A DNA stretch of 27,366 bases from a virus (lineage: Duplodnaviria > Caudoviricetes). Below are positions 16,421 through 27,366 of the stretch, piece by piece. The translations under genes and the position numbers were made by a program. The notes under the pieces were generated by a model. That model ran no database searches. It was not told the origin of the DNA and saw only the letters and a program-made list of their open reading frames with translations. The DNA is taken from IMG/VR virus record IMGVR_UViG_3300010362_000088, positions 1-27,366 of that record; one strand, written 5' to 3'. The stretch's first letter is position 1. Each line of letters begins with the position of its first letter.

Positions 16421-17535
16421 TGGCCGGTTACGGGTATGGCGGCGGGCCTTCGATGGAGTACGAGTCGCCCAACAGCCCGACCAATCAGCTCAATGCTCGC
16501 AACGCGGCGACCATTGCCGCGGCCAACCAGGCTGCGGGCTACCAGGCCTACAACCCGGCGTCGTTCCAGGACCAGGCCAAGGCGCAGATCGCTCGAGTCG
16601 CCAACATCATGGCGCAACAGCGACCCGCCACTCAGACGCGAGCTCCGACTGCTTCCGTGCGCGTCGGGTCGTCGGGCGGCTCGAGTGGTGGTAGCTCCCG
16701 TCGTTCCGGTGGGGGTGGTGGTGGCGGAGGTGCTGCCGCGCTCCCCACCCTCAACCAGAGCCAGCTCGACTGGGCGGCTTCGGTGTTGAAGGGGGGTGCC
16801 CCCACCGGAGCAACGGCCACCACGTTGGACCTGCCCGACTACGCCGGGATGCCGATGCGGGCCTTCGACCCATCGATGTGGCAGAACGCGCTGGGCCAGT
16901 TGAACCAGGGCGAGCAGACCGATCTGGGTACCGCGGCGACGGCAACCCAGAACATGCTCAACTTCCTCAACACCAACTACACCAACGCCTTCAACAACCC
17001 GAACCTGCAGTACGCCACGGCGGGCAACGCTCCCGGTACCACGCAACTCGGGATGCAGCGGATGTTGCAGTCGCAAGGGGTGAACCCTGGTGTGGCAGCG
17101 GGGACCTACAACCAGGCCCAGAACGCCGACCAAGCCTTCGGCAGCCTGTGGCGCACGCTGGCTGGCAACGAGGACATCGCCCAGCGTGGTCGCCTCGCCA
17201 ACGCTCAGCTCTACGGCAACCAGGCTGCTGACGCCATCCGCGCCGCTGCCCAGGGCGGACGCCTCGGCCTCAACATCGGCCAGGCCCAAGCCCAGTCGGC
17301 GTGGCAGCAGGCGGCCGACCAGCGGGCCTACGAGGACTACCAGATGCAACAGCAGATCGCCCAGCAGGAGGCGCTGCAGAACTGGCAGCGGGCCAACCAG
17401 GTCACCGACACCAACCAGGCGGCGACCAACAGCTATCGCAACGCCGAGATGCAGGCCCTGTTGGGCCTGCTGCCCGAGCTGATCAAGTCGCCAGGTCTGA
17501 CGCCGCCGAGCCTGGCCTCGCTGGGACTGGGGTGA
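16420..17535 (+). CDS. Putative internal virion (ejection) protein, 371 aa
   Basis: A/Q/N/G-rich, no Cys, with a poly-Gly/Ser linker; TAATG coupling. Confidence 0.6.
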   Translation: MAGYGYGGGPSMEYESPNSPTNQLNARNAATIAAANQAAGYQAYNPASFQDQAKAQIARVANIMAQQRPATQTRAPTASVRVGSSGGSSGGSSRRSGGGGGGGGAAALPTLNQSQLDWAASVLKGGAPTGATATTLDLPDYAGMPMRAFDPSMWQNALGQLNQGEQTDLGTAATATQNMLNFLNTNYTNAFNNPNLQYATAGNAPGTTQLGMQRMLQSQGVNPGVAAGTYNQAQNADQAFGSLWRTLAGNEDIAQRGRLANAQLYGNQAADAIRAAAQGGRLGLNIGQAQAQSAWQQAADQRAYEDYQMQQQIAQQEALQNWQRANQVTDTNQAATNSYRNAEMQALLGLLPELIKSPGLTPPSLASLGLG

Positions 17536-17538
17536 GCC

Positions 17539-19362
17539 ATGGCCAAGCAGAAGTCCCCGCTCGACACGATCACCAGCGCTGACCCCAGTTCGCTGGAGTG
17601 GCAGAACGCCTTCGACCAGTTGAGCCCGCAGGATCAGCAGCAGATCTTCAACTTCACCTACAACTCCCCCATGACCGAGGACACCTCACAGATGGGCGAC
17701 ACCGGTGGTGTTGGGCCCAGCCTCGATCCCTCGTCGATGGCACTCACCGGCTACATGGGCGGCGTCAACATTCCCCAGTTCACGTCGGCAGGCAAGCTCG
17801 ATCCGTTCGACCTGGGTCAGGCGCAGGCGCAGCTGAACCTGGCCCAGGACCTGACGAGCTCCAACATGGACTTGGGGATGGCGGGGATGTTCGGCCCCGG
17901 CGCCATCGACCCGAGCGTGTTCGCCCCGAAGGTGACGATGCCCACGACGGTCGTCAAGACGCCGAACCTCGACGTGTTGAAGCGCTACGCCTCGGGCACC
18001 GGCTATCGCGCCTTCCTCGCCCAGCGGATGCTACCCACCACGATGGGCGGCAAGGGGATGACCGACGACGAGGCGCTGTCGGATCTGTGGGCCCAGGTCA
18101 ACGCACCGGCCACGGTGACGGCGAGCCAGCAGCAGAAGGATCAACAGCAGCGGCTGATCAACTCGCTACCTGCCAACACCTACCAGCAGGATCCAGTGCA
18201 GGCCCAGCTCGCTGCTCAACTCGGCTACGACCCGACGTCGGGTTCGACCGCCAAGGCGACTGGCACGGCGGCCAAGCAGGCCGTCTCGGCCTACGACACC
18301 AAGGCCGTGACGTCGTTCGCCTCCGACCTGTTCTCCAAGTCGACCGAGGACCAAGCAGCGATCGACGCGGGCTGGACCGACCCTTCGACCGGCAAGACCT
18401 ACACCGAGGCGCCGACGCAGGAGGAGTCCTACGCCACCACGCGCTTCCACAACGCCGGGCTGCCGACGCCGGTCGAGCGCTACACCGATCCCAAGTACAC
18501 CCAGATGTTCGAGCAGACCTACATGCCCACCGGGCGTCAGGACTACGCCGATCAACTGGCTCGTCAGGCTGATGCCGAAACCGAGTTCAAGAAGGCCCAG
18601 ACCGCGTCGCGCCAGGCCGACGTCACCAACACCAACCTGCAGCAGGCCTACACCGATTGGCAGGGACGGCGCCAGGCCAACCAGCAAGCGATCGGCCAGG
18701 TCACCGCGGCGCAGGGTCTGCGCAACGCGATGCAGGCGCTGCCCGAGTCGGCGGCCGCCGTCGCCCCGCCACGCCAGACCGCGCCGGCCATCAACCTCGG
18801 TGGCCGCATCACCGGCACCAAACCCCTCGGCAACTACAACGTCACCGCCGGGCTGCCTCCCGCTCGCCCGGCCCCGACGCCGACCGGCAACGCGTTGATG
18901 CAGCAGACCCAGGCCATGGGTGGGTGGTTGGCGCCATTGCAGGCCAGCCTCCAGCCGGAGAACCAGCCGTGGGTGGTCGACCAAGGCGGGGGCAACATCC
19001 AGATGTTCAAGAACCAGGACGAGGCGACCAAGAACGCTGGGCTGCACAACCTGCAGAACGCCATCTACAACTTCATGATCCCCGAGGACCAGCAGAAGCA
19101 GGGCTACAAGCTGTCGACCAGTCGCCAACCCCAGGCGCTCACGTCGCGCCAGGTCGGTCAGGCCCAGACGGCCAAGCAGGCTGCTGATCGTCGCTTCGTG
19201 CAAGCCAACACCAATCGCTTCCGCAACTCGGTGGCCCAAGGGGTGGGGACCCAGGATTTCATCAACGCTGTCGTGGCGGCCCAGAACTCGCGCACCACGC
19301 CGTACCAGGACGCCACGATGCAGCGCCGTCTCGGCCTGCGGGCGATGGGATTCCCGATCTAG
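17539..19362 (+). CDS. Putative internal virion (ejection) protein, 607 aa
   Basis: Q/T/A-rich, no Cys, strong GC3 bias; position in the operon. Confidence 0.6.
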   Translation: MAKQKSPLDTITSADPSSLEWQNAFDQLSPQDQQQIFNFTYNSPMTEDTSQMGDTGGVGPSLDPSSMALTGYMGGVNIPQFTSAGKLDPFDLGQAQAQLNLAQDLTSSNMDLGMAGMFGPGAIDPSVFAPKVTMPTTVVKTPNLDVLKRYASGTGYRAFLAQRMLPTTMGGKGMTDDEALSDLWAQVNAPATVTASQQQKDQQQRLINSLPANTYQQDPVQAQLAAQLGYDPTSGSTAKATGTAAKQAVSAYDTKAVTSFASDLFSKSTEDQAAIDAGWTDPSTGKTYTEAPTQEESYATTRFHNAGLPTPVERYTDPKYTQMFEQTYMPTGRQDYADQLARQADAETEFKKAQTASRQADVTNTNLQQAYTDWQGRRQANQQAIGQVTAAQGLRNAMQALPESAAAVAPPRQTAPAINLGGRITGTKPLGNYNVTAGLPPARPAPTPTGNALMQQTQAMGGWLAPLQASLQPENQPWVVDQGGGNIQMFKNQDEATKNAGLHNLQNAIYNFMIPEDQQKQGYKLSTSRQPQALTSRQVGQAQTAKQAADRRFVQANTNRFRNSVAQGVGTQDFINAVVAAQNSRTTPYQDATMQRRLGLRAMGFPI

Positions 19363-22300
19363 ATGCCCAGCCTCCTGGCTCAGGTTGCGGCAGCGCGGAT
19401 CAACTCGCTGCAGGCGCAGCCCAAGCGCTCGGCGGTGGTGAGCTATTCGCCGGGTCGGGTGGTGCCGACCGCGCTGGCCCAGCAGGCCCAGGCACCGCGA
19501 GCGATGCAGCCGACGCGAGCAACGCCCGCGGTGTCGCGGCTGCAGCAACGCCAGCAAGGTGGCACCGACTGGGACGCACTGCAGCGGGTGTTCCAGAACT
19601 CACCCGAGGCCCAGAAGCAACGCGAGGACGAAGCCAAGGCGCAGGCCAAGGCAAACCAACCCGATGTGCCGTGGTGGAAGCAGGCTCTCGGAACCGCAGT
19701 GAAGGATCTGTTGGTCCCGGTGGGTGCCATCGGGGTCGGTCGTCGGGCCATCGAGTTCGCCGGGGCTGAGTTCGCTCAGCACGCACCGGAGCCGCTGCAG
19801 CGAGCAGTCCATGATGTCGTCGGCATCACCACCGGTGGTGGGCTCGTCGGGCTGGCAGCCGACAAGCTGTTCGGCCACAAGCTCGCCGCCCTCAACGCCT
19901 GGAACCCGGCGTCGTACCTCACGTCCACCGAGGCTGGTGGCTACATCGACCCCGAGCAGGCCAAGAAGGTCACCAAGCAGGGCATCGTCCACGAGGTACT
20001 CAACCCGAGCTCGGACTTGGGGATGGGTCAGTTGTTGCAGCAGGACCAGAACCAATGGCGCAATCGGGCCATCGGGCTGATCGGTGACGTCGCCTTCGAC
20101 CCGGTCACCTACGTCAATCCGGTCCCGTCGGCTCGCGTGCTGGGTGGCGGCAGCGAAGCGTTGAAGGGCGCGGCCGAGACGGCGCAGACCACGCTGCGCC
20201 AGGCCACCAAGGAGGCGGCAGCCGAGGGGGCGTCACGGTTGCCTGGTGCTGATGAAGCGCTGGCTCGCCTGGCTCAGGAGCGCGACGCCGCGGTGGAGGC
20301 GTTGCGCCAGACGCAACGCCCGATTCCCATCCACGGTCGAGCCGATCGCGTGCGCCTCATCTCCGAGGCCTTCGCTCGTGATCCCGAAGCGGCAGCCAAG
20401 TTCGGGGACGAGTGGCTTCGTGGTGGCCAGCGGGGCTTCAATGCCATGTCGCCTGAGGCCCGCAAGGCACTGGGGATCGCGGAACCTGCCCTCTATTTCA
20501 CCGAGAAGGGTCCCGCGATCCCTGGTACCCGCGCCTTCGCGGAGCGAGCTTCGCAACTCGGTGGCGCCTTGCGAGCAGCGCGTGACACGCGAGAGATCCC
20601 ACTCATCAGCCGCTTCACCCAGGGGCCGAAGGGATTCGAGGCGGCGTACCGCACACTGACTCGTGGCTCCAAGGAGATGACGCCCGACGAGGCCGCGTTG
20701 ATGGGTCGGGTGATGGGGGCCTATCGCCAGGGCGAGGGCAGCTTCAAGTCGCAGGGCAACCGGATCCTGTCGTCGTGGATCAAGGACGTCTACAACAAGG
20801 GCAAGGGAGCAACCAACGAGGAGCTGGTGCGGGCCAGCGAGTTGTCACCTGAGCGCACGTCGCTCAACCAGATGTTCAGCGACATGGCTGATCTCTACGA
20901 GAAGATCAGCGGCGACACCATCCCCCGCGGTGCCAATCCCGACAGCTACCTGCCCCACATCCTGACGCCGGGGTTCCGCCGGATGCTGGCCGACAACGAG
21001 TCCGACCCGCTCGTTGCCTCCTTCAAGAAGAAGCTCGACATCGTCAAGGAAGATCTGCTCGAGGGCTCGGCCCACATCGAGCACGCCCGGGTGCTGAAGC
21101 CCAACACCGATGGCTCGGCTGGGATCTTCAACATCGGGGGCCAGGAGCTGACGGTCGAGAACGGCAGCATCGACGAGCTCAATACCAAGCTCAAGGAGCT
21201 GTTCCCCAGTTTCAAGGGCAAGTTCTACGAGGACGATCCACGGCGCATGGGCGAGCAGTACCTTGGCTCGCTCGGTCGCGCCGCCGGGGCCAAGCGGGGT
21301 CTCGGCCTGATCGCGGACGAGGGCACGCTGGGCAAGCGCCTGACCGGCCCGCTGTGGGACGCCTACCAGCAGTACAACGAGATCCTTGCTCGTCAGTACC
21401 CCGAGGCCGATCTGGCGGCGCGGGGCTACAACCCTGCTGACTTCATCGACCAGGCCACCGGCGAGATCATCAACCCGTTGCCGGAGCGCCCGCCTATTCC
21501 CGAGGAAATAGGCGGCGTCAAGCTGCAGGACTACTTCGCCTCGACCAAGTCGTCGAAGGCAGCGCGGGCGGCGACCGAGGCCCGTAACGAGACACTCAAG
21601 AACCAGGGTGTGGCCTACGCCAAGGCTGCCCGCCAGGACGTGGCCCCGGTCTACAAGGAAGCTCGCACCCAGCTCAAGGAGCTGCGGGACTCGATGCTCA
21701 CCCCACTCAAGGAGCAGGCCAAGGAAGCCGACAAGCTGTTGCCCGGTCTCGAGGACTCGGTCAAGGCGAGCCAGCAGCGCCTCGAGCAGATCTTCGGTCC
21801 GGGCCTGGAGTTCAACCAGTTCACCGGCCAGGCCCTCAACGAAGGCCAGCGGGGGCAACTGGTCCACGAGCTCGCCGCGTTCCACGCTGGGATGAACGAG
21901 GACATCTCGGCCATCGAGGAGGCGTTGGCCAACAAGGACCAGTACTTCAAGCGCGTCGCGGCCAAGGAGCGCCGCAAGTTGGTCGACCGCCTCCAGTCGG
22001 GGCTCGAGACGCTGCGCAACACCCGTGACGACCTGCGGATGCGGATCAATGACCTGCCCCGGGAGTTGAGGGAAGAGGCAACGGTCCGCCAGTCCAAGCT
22101 CGAGTTCCCATTGCGCGACGTGGCCCGCAAGGAGCGCAATGCCGTCGAGGACGCAGCCCGCCGCGTCCCTGCTCCGAGCAAGGACCGCGTCGAGTGGGCG
22201 CTGCAGACCCTGGCTGGCAACAGCGATGAGGATCGAGCCCTGATCCAGGCTCAGCACCAGGCGGCCCGCGACACCATCGAGAACCGGGCCAGCCTTCCGC

Positions 22301-24795
22301 GCACCGAGCAGGGACGCCTGACGCCCGAAGCTCGCCAGACCCTGGCCGACGCTCGCAATAAGCAGGCCAGCATCGAAGCTGGCCTCGAGCCCACGCAACG
22401 CACGCGCATGGTGACGCCCGCCCAGTACCAGCGTGACGAGTTCCAGCTCAGCCAGATGCGTGGTCGACTCAACGACCCGGAGCAGGCTGACTACATCCCC
22501 GTCCGCAACACCCGCCAGCGTCGCGTCCTACAGGGACAGATCGACGCCCTGCAGGCCAAGTTCAATCCCGGCGGCGAGCACTACCCAATCACCAAGGCCC
22601 ACGAGGTCCTGATGGAGCAGGCCGACCACGAGGCAGCCCGAGCAGAGGCGCTGGCCCAGCACGCACAAGAGCGTCAGATCGCCAACGCCGCCATCCGTCC
22701 GATACCCCAGGATCCCTACGCCCCGACGCAGGTAACGGTCGGTGGCCAACGGGTACCTACCGAGCAGTCCGCCATCGAGCAGCTCAAGGGCATGGCCGCG
22801 CTGGAGGAATCCCACAACGTCCTGCGTGGCCAGCGCCTGGCCGCCACCGAGGGCGAGATCGCCAGCCGCGAGCAGCAGATCGCGGAGACCCGCGCTGCTC
22901 GGGGCACGGTGCCGCAGTCGGTCGTCGACCGCAAGCTGCAGTCGGCGGTCACCCTGCCCGGCGGGACGATGACCTACGAGGAGGCGCAGAACTTCCATCA
23001 GGGCCTGTCCGATCTGCGTGACACCGTCGGTGACGAGACGATGAATCGGATCACCAGGCTCGAGCAAGAGGGCTACGCGGTCCAGGCCAAGCTGCTCGCT
23101 GACACCCAGAACCTCGACCGTCTCAGCGCGCAACGAGCCACGGCGGCCGAGTTGGTGCCCAAGCTGGAGGCGGCCAACACGCTGAAGGGCAAGCGCCCCG
23201 ATCTGCTCAGCACGCTCGACGACATCGAGGGAGTGGCACGAGCCAACCCGAACCTCGACGACGAGAGCCTCAACGCCGCCGAGTCCCTGCTGCAGACCCA
23301 CCGCCAGGCCCTCGAGCTCGCTGGTCAGAAGGACATGACGCGTGGCCAGGTGCAGTCCATGGTCACTGCCGCCTACGAGGGCCGACTCGGCAAGGTCTCG
23401 GTCGCCACCCTGAACGACAACTGGAAGGCGATGCACAAGGGCGTGCTGAAGGAGGGCGACGTCATCCTGCAGCGCCGGATCGCTGCCATGTACCAGAACC
23501 TCACCGTGCTGGACAAGCAGCCCCAGTTGTTCGGGCGCACCTTCAACGCCCTGACCAACCTGTTCAAGACCTACGCCACCCTCAGCCCCGGCTTCCACGT
23601 GCGCAACGCGATGTCAGGCATCTTCATGAACACCTCCGATGGCGTCGGATTGGCCCGCCAATTCGAGGGCGCCAACCTGTGGGGCAAGTACATGAAGGGC
23701 GGTGCCGACTGGTTGGAAGGTCAGGATCAGCGAGTCAAGGATGCCTTCGAGGCTGCCTTCGCCTCGGGGGCTGGCGGCCGCTTCACCGAGGCCGGGGTAG
23801 CCGGAGGGATGAGCGACCTGAAGTCCGAGACCCTGGCGAGTTGGTACGACAAGCTGGCCTCGAACAAGGCGACTCGCTTCTCGCAGCGTTGGGGTGAGCG
23901 GGTCGAGGGTGCGTTGCGTCTGGGCATGGCCCTTGACTCCCTCGATCGCGGCGAGTCGATCTCCGGAGCATTGTCACGGATCACCCGCGTCCACTTCGAC
24001 TACGGGCAGATCTCCCAGTTCGACAAGCAGATGAAGCCGTTCATCCCGTTCTGGACCTTCATGTCGCGGAACCTTCCGCTGCAGATCTCTCAGATGTGGA
24101 CGAAGCCGCAGGCCTACCAGATCTACGCGTCGGTCGTCCGTAACTTCGGACGCAAGCCCGAGGACTACACGCCGCAATACTGGCTCGATCCCGGCGTCTT
24201 CGGTGCTGTCAACACCGGCATGAAGGTACCCAACAACAACCTGCCGATCCTCGGGGAGGCGAGCGGGTTGCCGATCTACATCAACCCCGATCTCGGTGCC
24301 ACGCGAGTCGGCGGGGACATCTCCGACATCCAGAACATCTTGTCGAACCCCGCCGCGGTGTTGTCGAACGCCAACCCGTGGCTGACTGGACCGATCGAGT
24401 ACGCCACCCATCGCAACCTCTACACCGGTCAGAACTACGGGCCAACCAACTACTCCACGCCGGAAGGCTTCTTCGGGCTCCCGGCGCGGGTGCTGGCTCC
24501 GATCTTCGGCCAGACCAACCAGGCTGGCGAGGTCTCGGAGAACTTCCAGAACCTGCTGCGTTCGGTCAACCCGCTGCTCGATCGGGGGGCTCGCCTGACC
24601 GGCAGTGGTGGCGGCACCGGCAAGAATCGTCAGGCAGAGTCGATCGCTCGCTTCTTGGGCCTGCCGGTGCGGACGCTGACCCCCGAGCAGCAGCGCTCGC
24701 AGTTGTTGAACCAGTACTACGGGATCAAGGACGAGGCTGACGTGCTCAAGGCGATCGCCCGGCGCCAGGCCCAGCAAGCACAGCAGGCGAGCTAG
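19363..24795 (+). CDS. Large internal virion / DNA ejection protein, 1810 aa
   Basis: Helical, no Cys seen. N-terminal hydrophobic Gly-rich segments with DPVTY, a long coiled-coil middle, and C-terminal LSPGFHVRN...FDYG...[13 protein letters not shown] reminiscent of large polyvalent/ejection proteins. Confidence 0.7.
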   Translation: MPSLLAQVAAARINSLQAQPKRSAVVSYSPGRVVPTALAQQAQAPRAMQPTRATPAVSRLQQRQQGGTDWDALQRVFQNSPEAQKQREDEAKAQAKANQPDVPWWKQALGTAVKDLLVPVGAIGVGRRAIEFAGAEFAQHAPEPLQRAVHDVVGITTGGGLVGLAADKLFGHKLAALNAWNPASYLTSTEAGGYIDPEQAKKVTKQGIVHEVLNPSSDLGMGQLLQQDQNQWRNRAIGLIGDVAFDPVTYVNPVPSARVLGGGSEALKGAAETAQTTLRQATKEAAAEGASRLPGADEALARLAQERDAAVEALRQTQRPIPIHGRADRVRLISEAFARDPEAAAKFGDEWLRGGQRGFNAMSPEARKALGIAEPALYFTEKGPAIPGTRAFAERASQLGGALRAARDTREIPLISRFTQGPKGFEAAYRTLTRGSKEMTPDEAALMGRVMGAYRQGEGSFKSQGNRILSSWIKDVYNKGKGATNEELVRASELSPERTSLNQMFSDMADLYEKISGDTIPRGANPDSYLPHILTPGFRRMLADNESDPLVASFKKKLDIVKEDLLEGSAHIEHARVLKPNTDGSAGIFNIGGQELTVENGSIDELNTKLKELFPSFKGKFYEDDPRRMGEQYLGSLGRAAGAKRGLGLIADEGTLGKRLTGPLWDAYQQYNEILARQYPEADLAARGYNPADFIDQATGEIINPLPERPPIPEEIGGVKLQDYFASTKSSKAARAATEARNETLKNQGVAYAKAARQDVAPVYKEARTQLKELRDSMLTPLKEQAKEADKLLPGLEDSVKASQQRLEQIFGPGLEFNQFTGQALNEGQRGQLVHELAAFHAGMNEDISAIEEALANKDQYFKRVAAKERRKLVDRLQSGLETLRNTRDDLRMRINDLPRELREEATVRQSKLEFPLRDVARKERNAVEDAARRVPAPSKDRVEWALQTLAGNSDEDRALIQAQHQAARDTIENRASLPRTEQGRLTPEARQTLADARNKQASIEAGLEPTQRTRMVTPAQYQRDEFQLSQMRGRLNDPEQADYIPVRNTRQRRVLQGQIDALQAKFNPGGEHYPITKAHEVLMEQADHEAARAEALAQHAQERQIANAAIRPIPQDPYAPTQVTVGGQRVPTEQSAIEQLKGMAALEESHNVLRGQRLAATEGEIASREQQIAETRAARGTVPQSVVDRKLQSAVTLPGGTMTYEEAQNFHQGLSDLRDTVGDETMNRITRLEQEGYAVQAKLLADTQNLDRLSAQRATAAELVPKLEAANTLKGKRPDLLSTLDDIEGVARANPNLDDESLNAAESLLQTHRQALELAGQKDMTRGQVQSMVTAAYEGRLGKVSVATLNDNWKAMHKGVLKEGDVILQRRIAAMYQNLTVLDKQPQLFGRTFNALTNLFKTYATLSPGFHVRNAMSGIFMNTSDGVGLARQFEGANLWGKYMKGGADWLEGQDQRVKDAFEAAFASGAGGRFTEAGVAGGMSDLKSETLASWYDKLASNKATRFSQRWGERVEGALRLGMALDSLDRGESISGALSRITRVHFDYGQISQFDKQMKPFIPFWTFMSRNLPLQISQMWTKPQAYQIYASVVRNFGRKPEDYTPQYWLDPGVFGAVNTGMKVPNNNLPILGEASGLPIYINPDLGATRVGGDISDIQNILSNPAAVLSNANPWLTGPIEYATHRNLYTGQNYGPTNYSTPEGFFGLPARVLAPIFGQTNQAGEVSENFQNLLRSVNPLLDRGARLTGSGGGTGKNRQAESIARFLGLPVRTLTPEQQRSQLLNQYYGIKDEADVLKAIARRQAQQAQQAS
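21494..21511. promoter_or_regulatory. 18-bp palindrome, copy 3 (CTATTCC cgag GAAATAG), intragenic
   Basis: One mismatch; arms extend as CCGC...GCGG; spelled with rare codons CCT ATT CCC GAG GAA ATA. Confidence 0.5.
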
Positions 24796-24803
24796 GAGGA
24801 ACC

Positions 24804-25571
24804 GTGGCCACCGTCGCCATCACCGATCTGCCCGAGCAGACCACCGCCGAGAACGCCAACTACCTGGTCGTCCAAGACGGCGTCGACACCAAGAAGATGC
24901 TGGTCTCGGCGCTGACCCCGCTGATGAACGATGGCCTCTTGGCCCACGAGGCAACGGCGGTCGATGCCCACGATGCCACCGCCGTCTCCGCCGCCCCCAA
25001 CGCGCCACAGATGCCGGGCACCGACGTGCAGTCCCAGCTCGGCCAGGCAGCAGCCGAGATGGCCGCGCTGCAGACCAACATCGACAACATTGCCCTGACG
25101 CCAGGACCGGCGGGGCCACAGGGCCCGGCCGGGACAACCGGCCCCCAGGGTCCGACCGGCACCACCGGGGCGCAGGGCGTGCCGGGCCCGGCTGGTCCGG
25201 CAGGCCCGCAAGGCGCGGTCGGTCCGGCTGGTCCGGTGGGTCCGGCTGGTGCGGCGGGCGTCAACCGGGGCATCAACGCGCAGGTCAGTACCACCTACAC
25301 CCCGACGCCCGCTGACGAGGGGCTGATCGTGACGTTGTCGAACGCCGCGGCGATCACGGTGACGATGCCGTCGGATGCCAGCGCGGCCTTGCCGTTGGGG
25401 GCCGAGGTGGACTTCTTGTGGTACGGGGTCGGGCAGCCGACCTTCGTCGCTGGGGCCGGGGCCACGCTCAACGGCACGCCGGGGCTGAAGCTGCGGGCCC
25501 GCTACTCAGCCTGCACGTGCAAGAAGATCGAAGCCAACGCCTGGGTGATCATGGGAGACCTGACGTCGTGA
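24804..25571 (+). CDS. Collagen-like fibre protein
   Basis: AGGAGG RBS; 18 G-X-Y triplets (25104-25265); C-terminal beta domain [10 protein letters not shown]...AWVIMGDL of a type common in phage fibres. Confidence 0.8.
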   Translation: MATVAITDLPEQTTAENANYLVVQDGVDTKKMLVSALTPLMNDGLLAHEATAVDAHDATAVSAAPNAPQMPGTDVQSQLGQAAAEMAALQTNIDNIALTPGPAGPQGPAGTTGPQGPTGTTGAQGVPGPAGPAGPQGAVGPAGPVGPAGAAGVNRGINAQVSTTYTPTPADEGLIVTLSNAAAITVTMPSDASAALPLGAEVDFLWYGVGQPTFVAGAGATLNGTPGLKLRARYSACTCKKIEANAWVIMGDLTS

Positions 25572-27366
25572 CTCGCTCGGCTGGGATCCTGTCGTCGGCC
25601 ATCGTGCCGCGGTACTTCGTCGGTGACGGAACAACGAGCAGGTACGTCTCCGCCGCTGACGCTCCCGAATTGACGATCGACGGGAGCGTGCGATGGTCGG
25701 CATACCTGCGTGACGATTCGACCGAGACGACGACATCGAGGATGGTGGTCCAGAAGGGCACTGTTGGCACCACCGCGCTGGCCTACCGTTTCGGGCACTC
25801 GTACCTCACTGGCACCAGCATCACCGGCTACCCGGTCGGGACGCCTGGGACCCAGATCGTCGTCAGCACCGGAGGTCGGACGCCACTCGGCCTGACCCCT
25901 CCGGGAGTCGATCGGTACATTCGTGGCGTGTTGACCGGCGTGACGCCGGGCTGGCAGAACAACACCGCGCAGGGGCAGTGGTTCACGTCACCTGATGGCG
26001 TCACGTGGACGGCCATCGGCCCGCCGAGCACGGCAGTCCGGGGCGACGCTGCCTCCTTCGATGACCCGAATTTCTTGTTGGTCGGTCTGTTGTTCCTGGG
26101 CCGCATCTACTGGGTGCAGATGGAGGCCATCAACCGGGCCCAGCTCGTGTTCCCCGGCGTCACCGGCAACTACCTGTCGGTACCGGCGATTGCGCTGCCC
26201 GGCGACTTCGAGATGGTGACGCGACTGGTCGTACCGTCCGCAGGCGCCATCCGAACGATTGTCGCTCAATGGCGTACCAACGTACCCGATCGTTCATTCA
26301 TCTTCCGGATCACGGCCACCTCATTCGCTCAGCTCGCCATCTACCCAACCGGCTCGTCCTACACGTCGACCGTGGCGCTGACGCCGGGTGCCACAATCTG
26401 GTTGAAGGTGACCCGTGTTGCCTCCACTGGTTTGCTGCGGTTCTACACCGCATCGGATGCGCCAACGGAACCAACGACATGGACCCAGCTCGGTGCTGAC
26501 GTCACGACCGTGACAGGTGCGCTCCAACAGCCGGTTCAACCTGGTGAGATCGGGACGCACACCACGGGGGCGACTGACCCGTTTATCGGCCGCATCGCCC
26601 GGGTCATCATCCGTAACGGGATCGCCGGAACCACCGTGCTGGACGTGGCCGAGAACAACGCCGGGACGATGACCGACGCCACCCACTTCACCGCCACCAG
26701 CGGCCAGCCGGTGACGGTGACCCAGACCTGCAAGCTGGTGTTCCCAGGGATGTCGGGGAACTACTGCTCGGTGCCGAACGCGGCCCCATTGCAGATCACA
26801 GGTGACGTCGGTCTGGTGGCCTGTATCGCCCCGCCGACATGGACGCCAGCCGTGACCCAGACCATCGCTGCGATGTGGGACGCTGCCGGAGCAAATCGTG
26901 CATGGACGTTCCAGCTCGACAACCTTGGGCGTCTCGTGTTCACATGGTCCGCGACCGGCAGCTCGGGAGTCGGCAGCGTGCCGTCTTCGGTGGCCGTGAC
27001 CGGGGGGACCGGCGGACAACTGCGCTGGGTTGCGGCCACGCTCGACGTCGACAACGGCGCTACCGGTCGCGATGTCCGGTTCTGGGTTTCGTCCGACGGT
27101 ACGACGTGGACCCAACTGGGCACCACGGTCACGCAGGCCGGAGTGACGTCAATCTTCGCCAGCACCCTGGCCCCGGTCGTCGGCGCCCAGAACGCGACGC
27201 AGTCGCCATTCACGGGACGCGTGAGCCGGTTCCAGATGCGCAACGGGATCGGCGCCGGTGGCACTGTCGCCGGGACCGTCGTCTTGGACGTCGGTGACTC
27301 CAACACCACCACCCCCGGCCAGACCAGCTTCACCGCCACCACCGGCAGCGCCGTCACCGTCAACCA
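25568..27366 (+). CDS. Tandem LamG/concanavalin-like domain protein, putative receptor-binding (3' end outside window)
   Basis: Not in the ORF track. GTGA-coupled start and open to the window end. Three units of about 195 aa (units 2 and 3 begin [14 protein letters not shown] at 26144 and [14 protein letters not shown] at 26735), sharing TWT(Q/A)(L/I)G and FxGR(I/V) motifs. Confidence 0.75.
   Translation, partial: MTRSAGILSSAIVPRYFVGDGTTSRYVSAADAPELTIDGSVRWSAYLRDDSTETTTSRMVVQKGTVGTTALAYRFGHSYLTGTSITGYPVGTPGTQIVVSTGGRTPLGLTPPGVDRYIRGVLTGVTPGWQNNTAQGQWFTSPDGVTWTAIGPPSTAVRGDAASFDDPNFLLVGLLFLGRIYWVQMEAINRAQLVFPGVTGNYLSVPAIALPGDFEMVTRLVVPSAGAIRTIVAQWRTNVPDRSFIFRITATSFAQLAIYPTGSSYTSTVALTPGATIWLKVTRVASTGLLRFYTASDAPTEPTTWTQLGADVTTVTGALQQPVQPGEIGTHTTGATDPFIGRIARVIIRNGIAGTTVLDVAENNAGTMTDATHFTATSGQPVTVTQTCKLVFPGMSGNYCSVPNAAPLQITGDVGLVACIAPPTWTPAVTQTIAAMWDAAGANRAWTFQLDNLGRLVFTWSATGSSGVGSVPSSVAVTGGTGGQLRWVAATLDVDNGATGRDVRFWVSSDGTTWTQLGTTVTQAGVTSIFASTLAPVVGAQNATQSPFTGRVSRFQMRNGIGAGGTVAGTVVLDVGDSNTTTPGQTSFTATTGSAVTVN

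Noticed and set aside
16670-16735. GGT/GGC-rich tract as a DNA-level repeat element
   Set aside because: Encodes a Gly/Ser linker with mixed codons.
25568-27366. Diversity-generating retroelement acting on fibre genes
   Set aside because: No reverse transcriptase and no near-identical repeat pair differing at adenines seen in the window.

Overview
The window is a continuous, gene-dense segment of a high-GC tailed dsDNA phage or prophage. The host is probably actinobacterial, inferred from the GC content and leaderless SigA-type promoters. A leftward block (1-2968) encodes an SSB-like protein, a PD-(D/E)XK exonuclease, an HNH endonuclease, a RuvC-like resolvase and a ribbon-helix-helix regulator. 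A divergent promoter region follows, then a rightward morphogenesis operon: small terminase, two fibre-like genes, large terminase, portal, scaffold, major capsid, adaptor and nozzle-type tail proteins, a collar/HxH fibre, four ejection-type proteins (up to 1810 aa), a collagen fibre and a multi-LamG-like protein that runs off the end. The layout is podovirus-like, with no tape measure, tail tube or sheath gene seen. Most notable: (1) an 18-bp palindrome CTATTCC-N4-G(G/A)AATAG at three sites about 9 kb apart, one written into a coding region with rare codons; (2) three free-standing HNH genes, each beside a patch of atypical AT-rich codons in a neighbouring core gene; (3) two of these HNH genes are paralogues with their own leaderless promoters, and one lies antisense between GCTAG direct repeats. 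All product calls come from motif recognition and gene order by eye; no database search was run.
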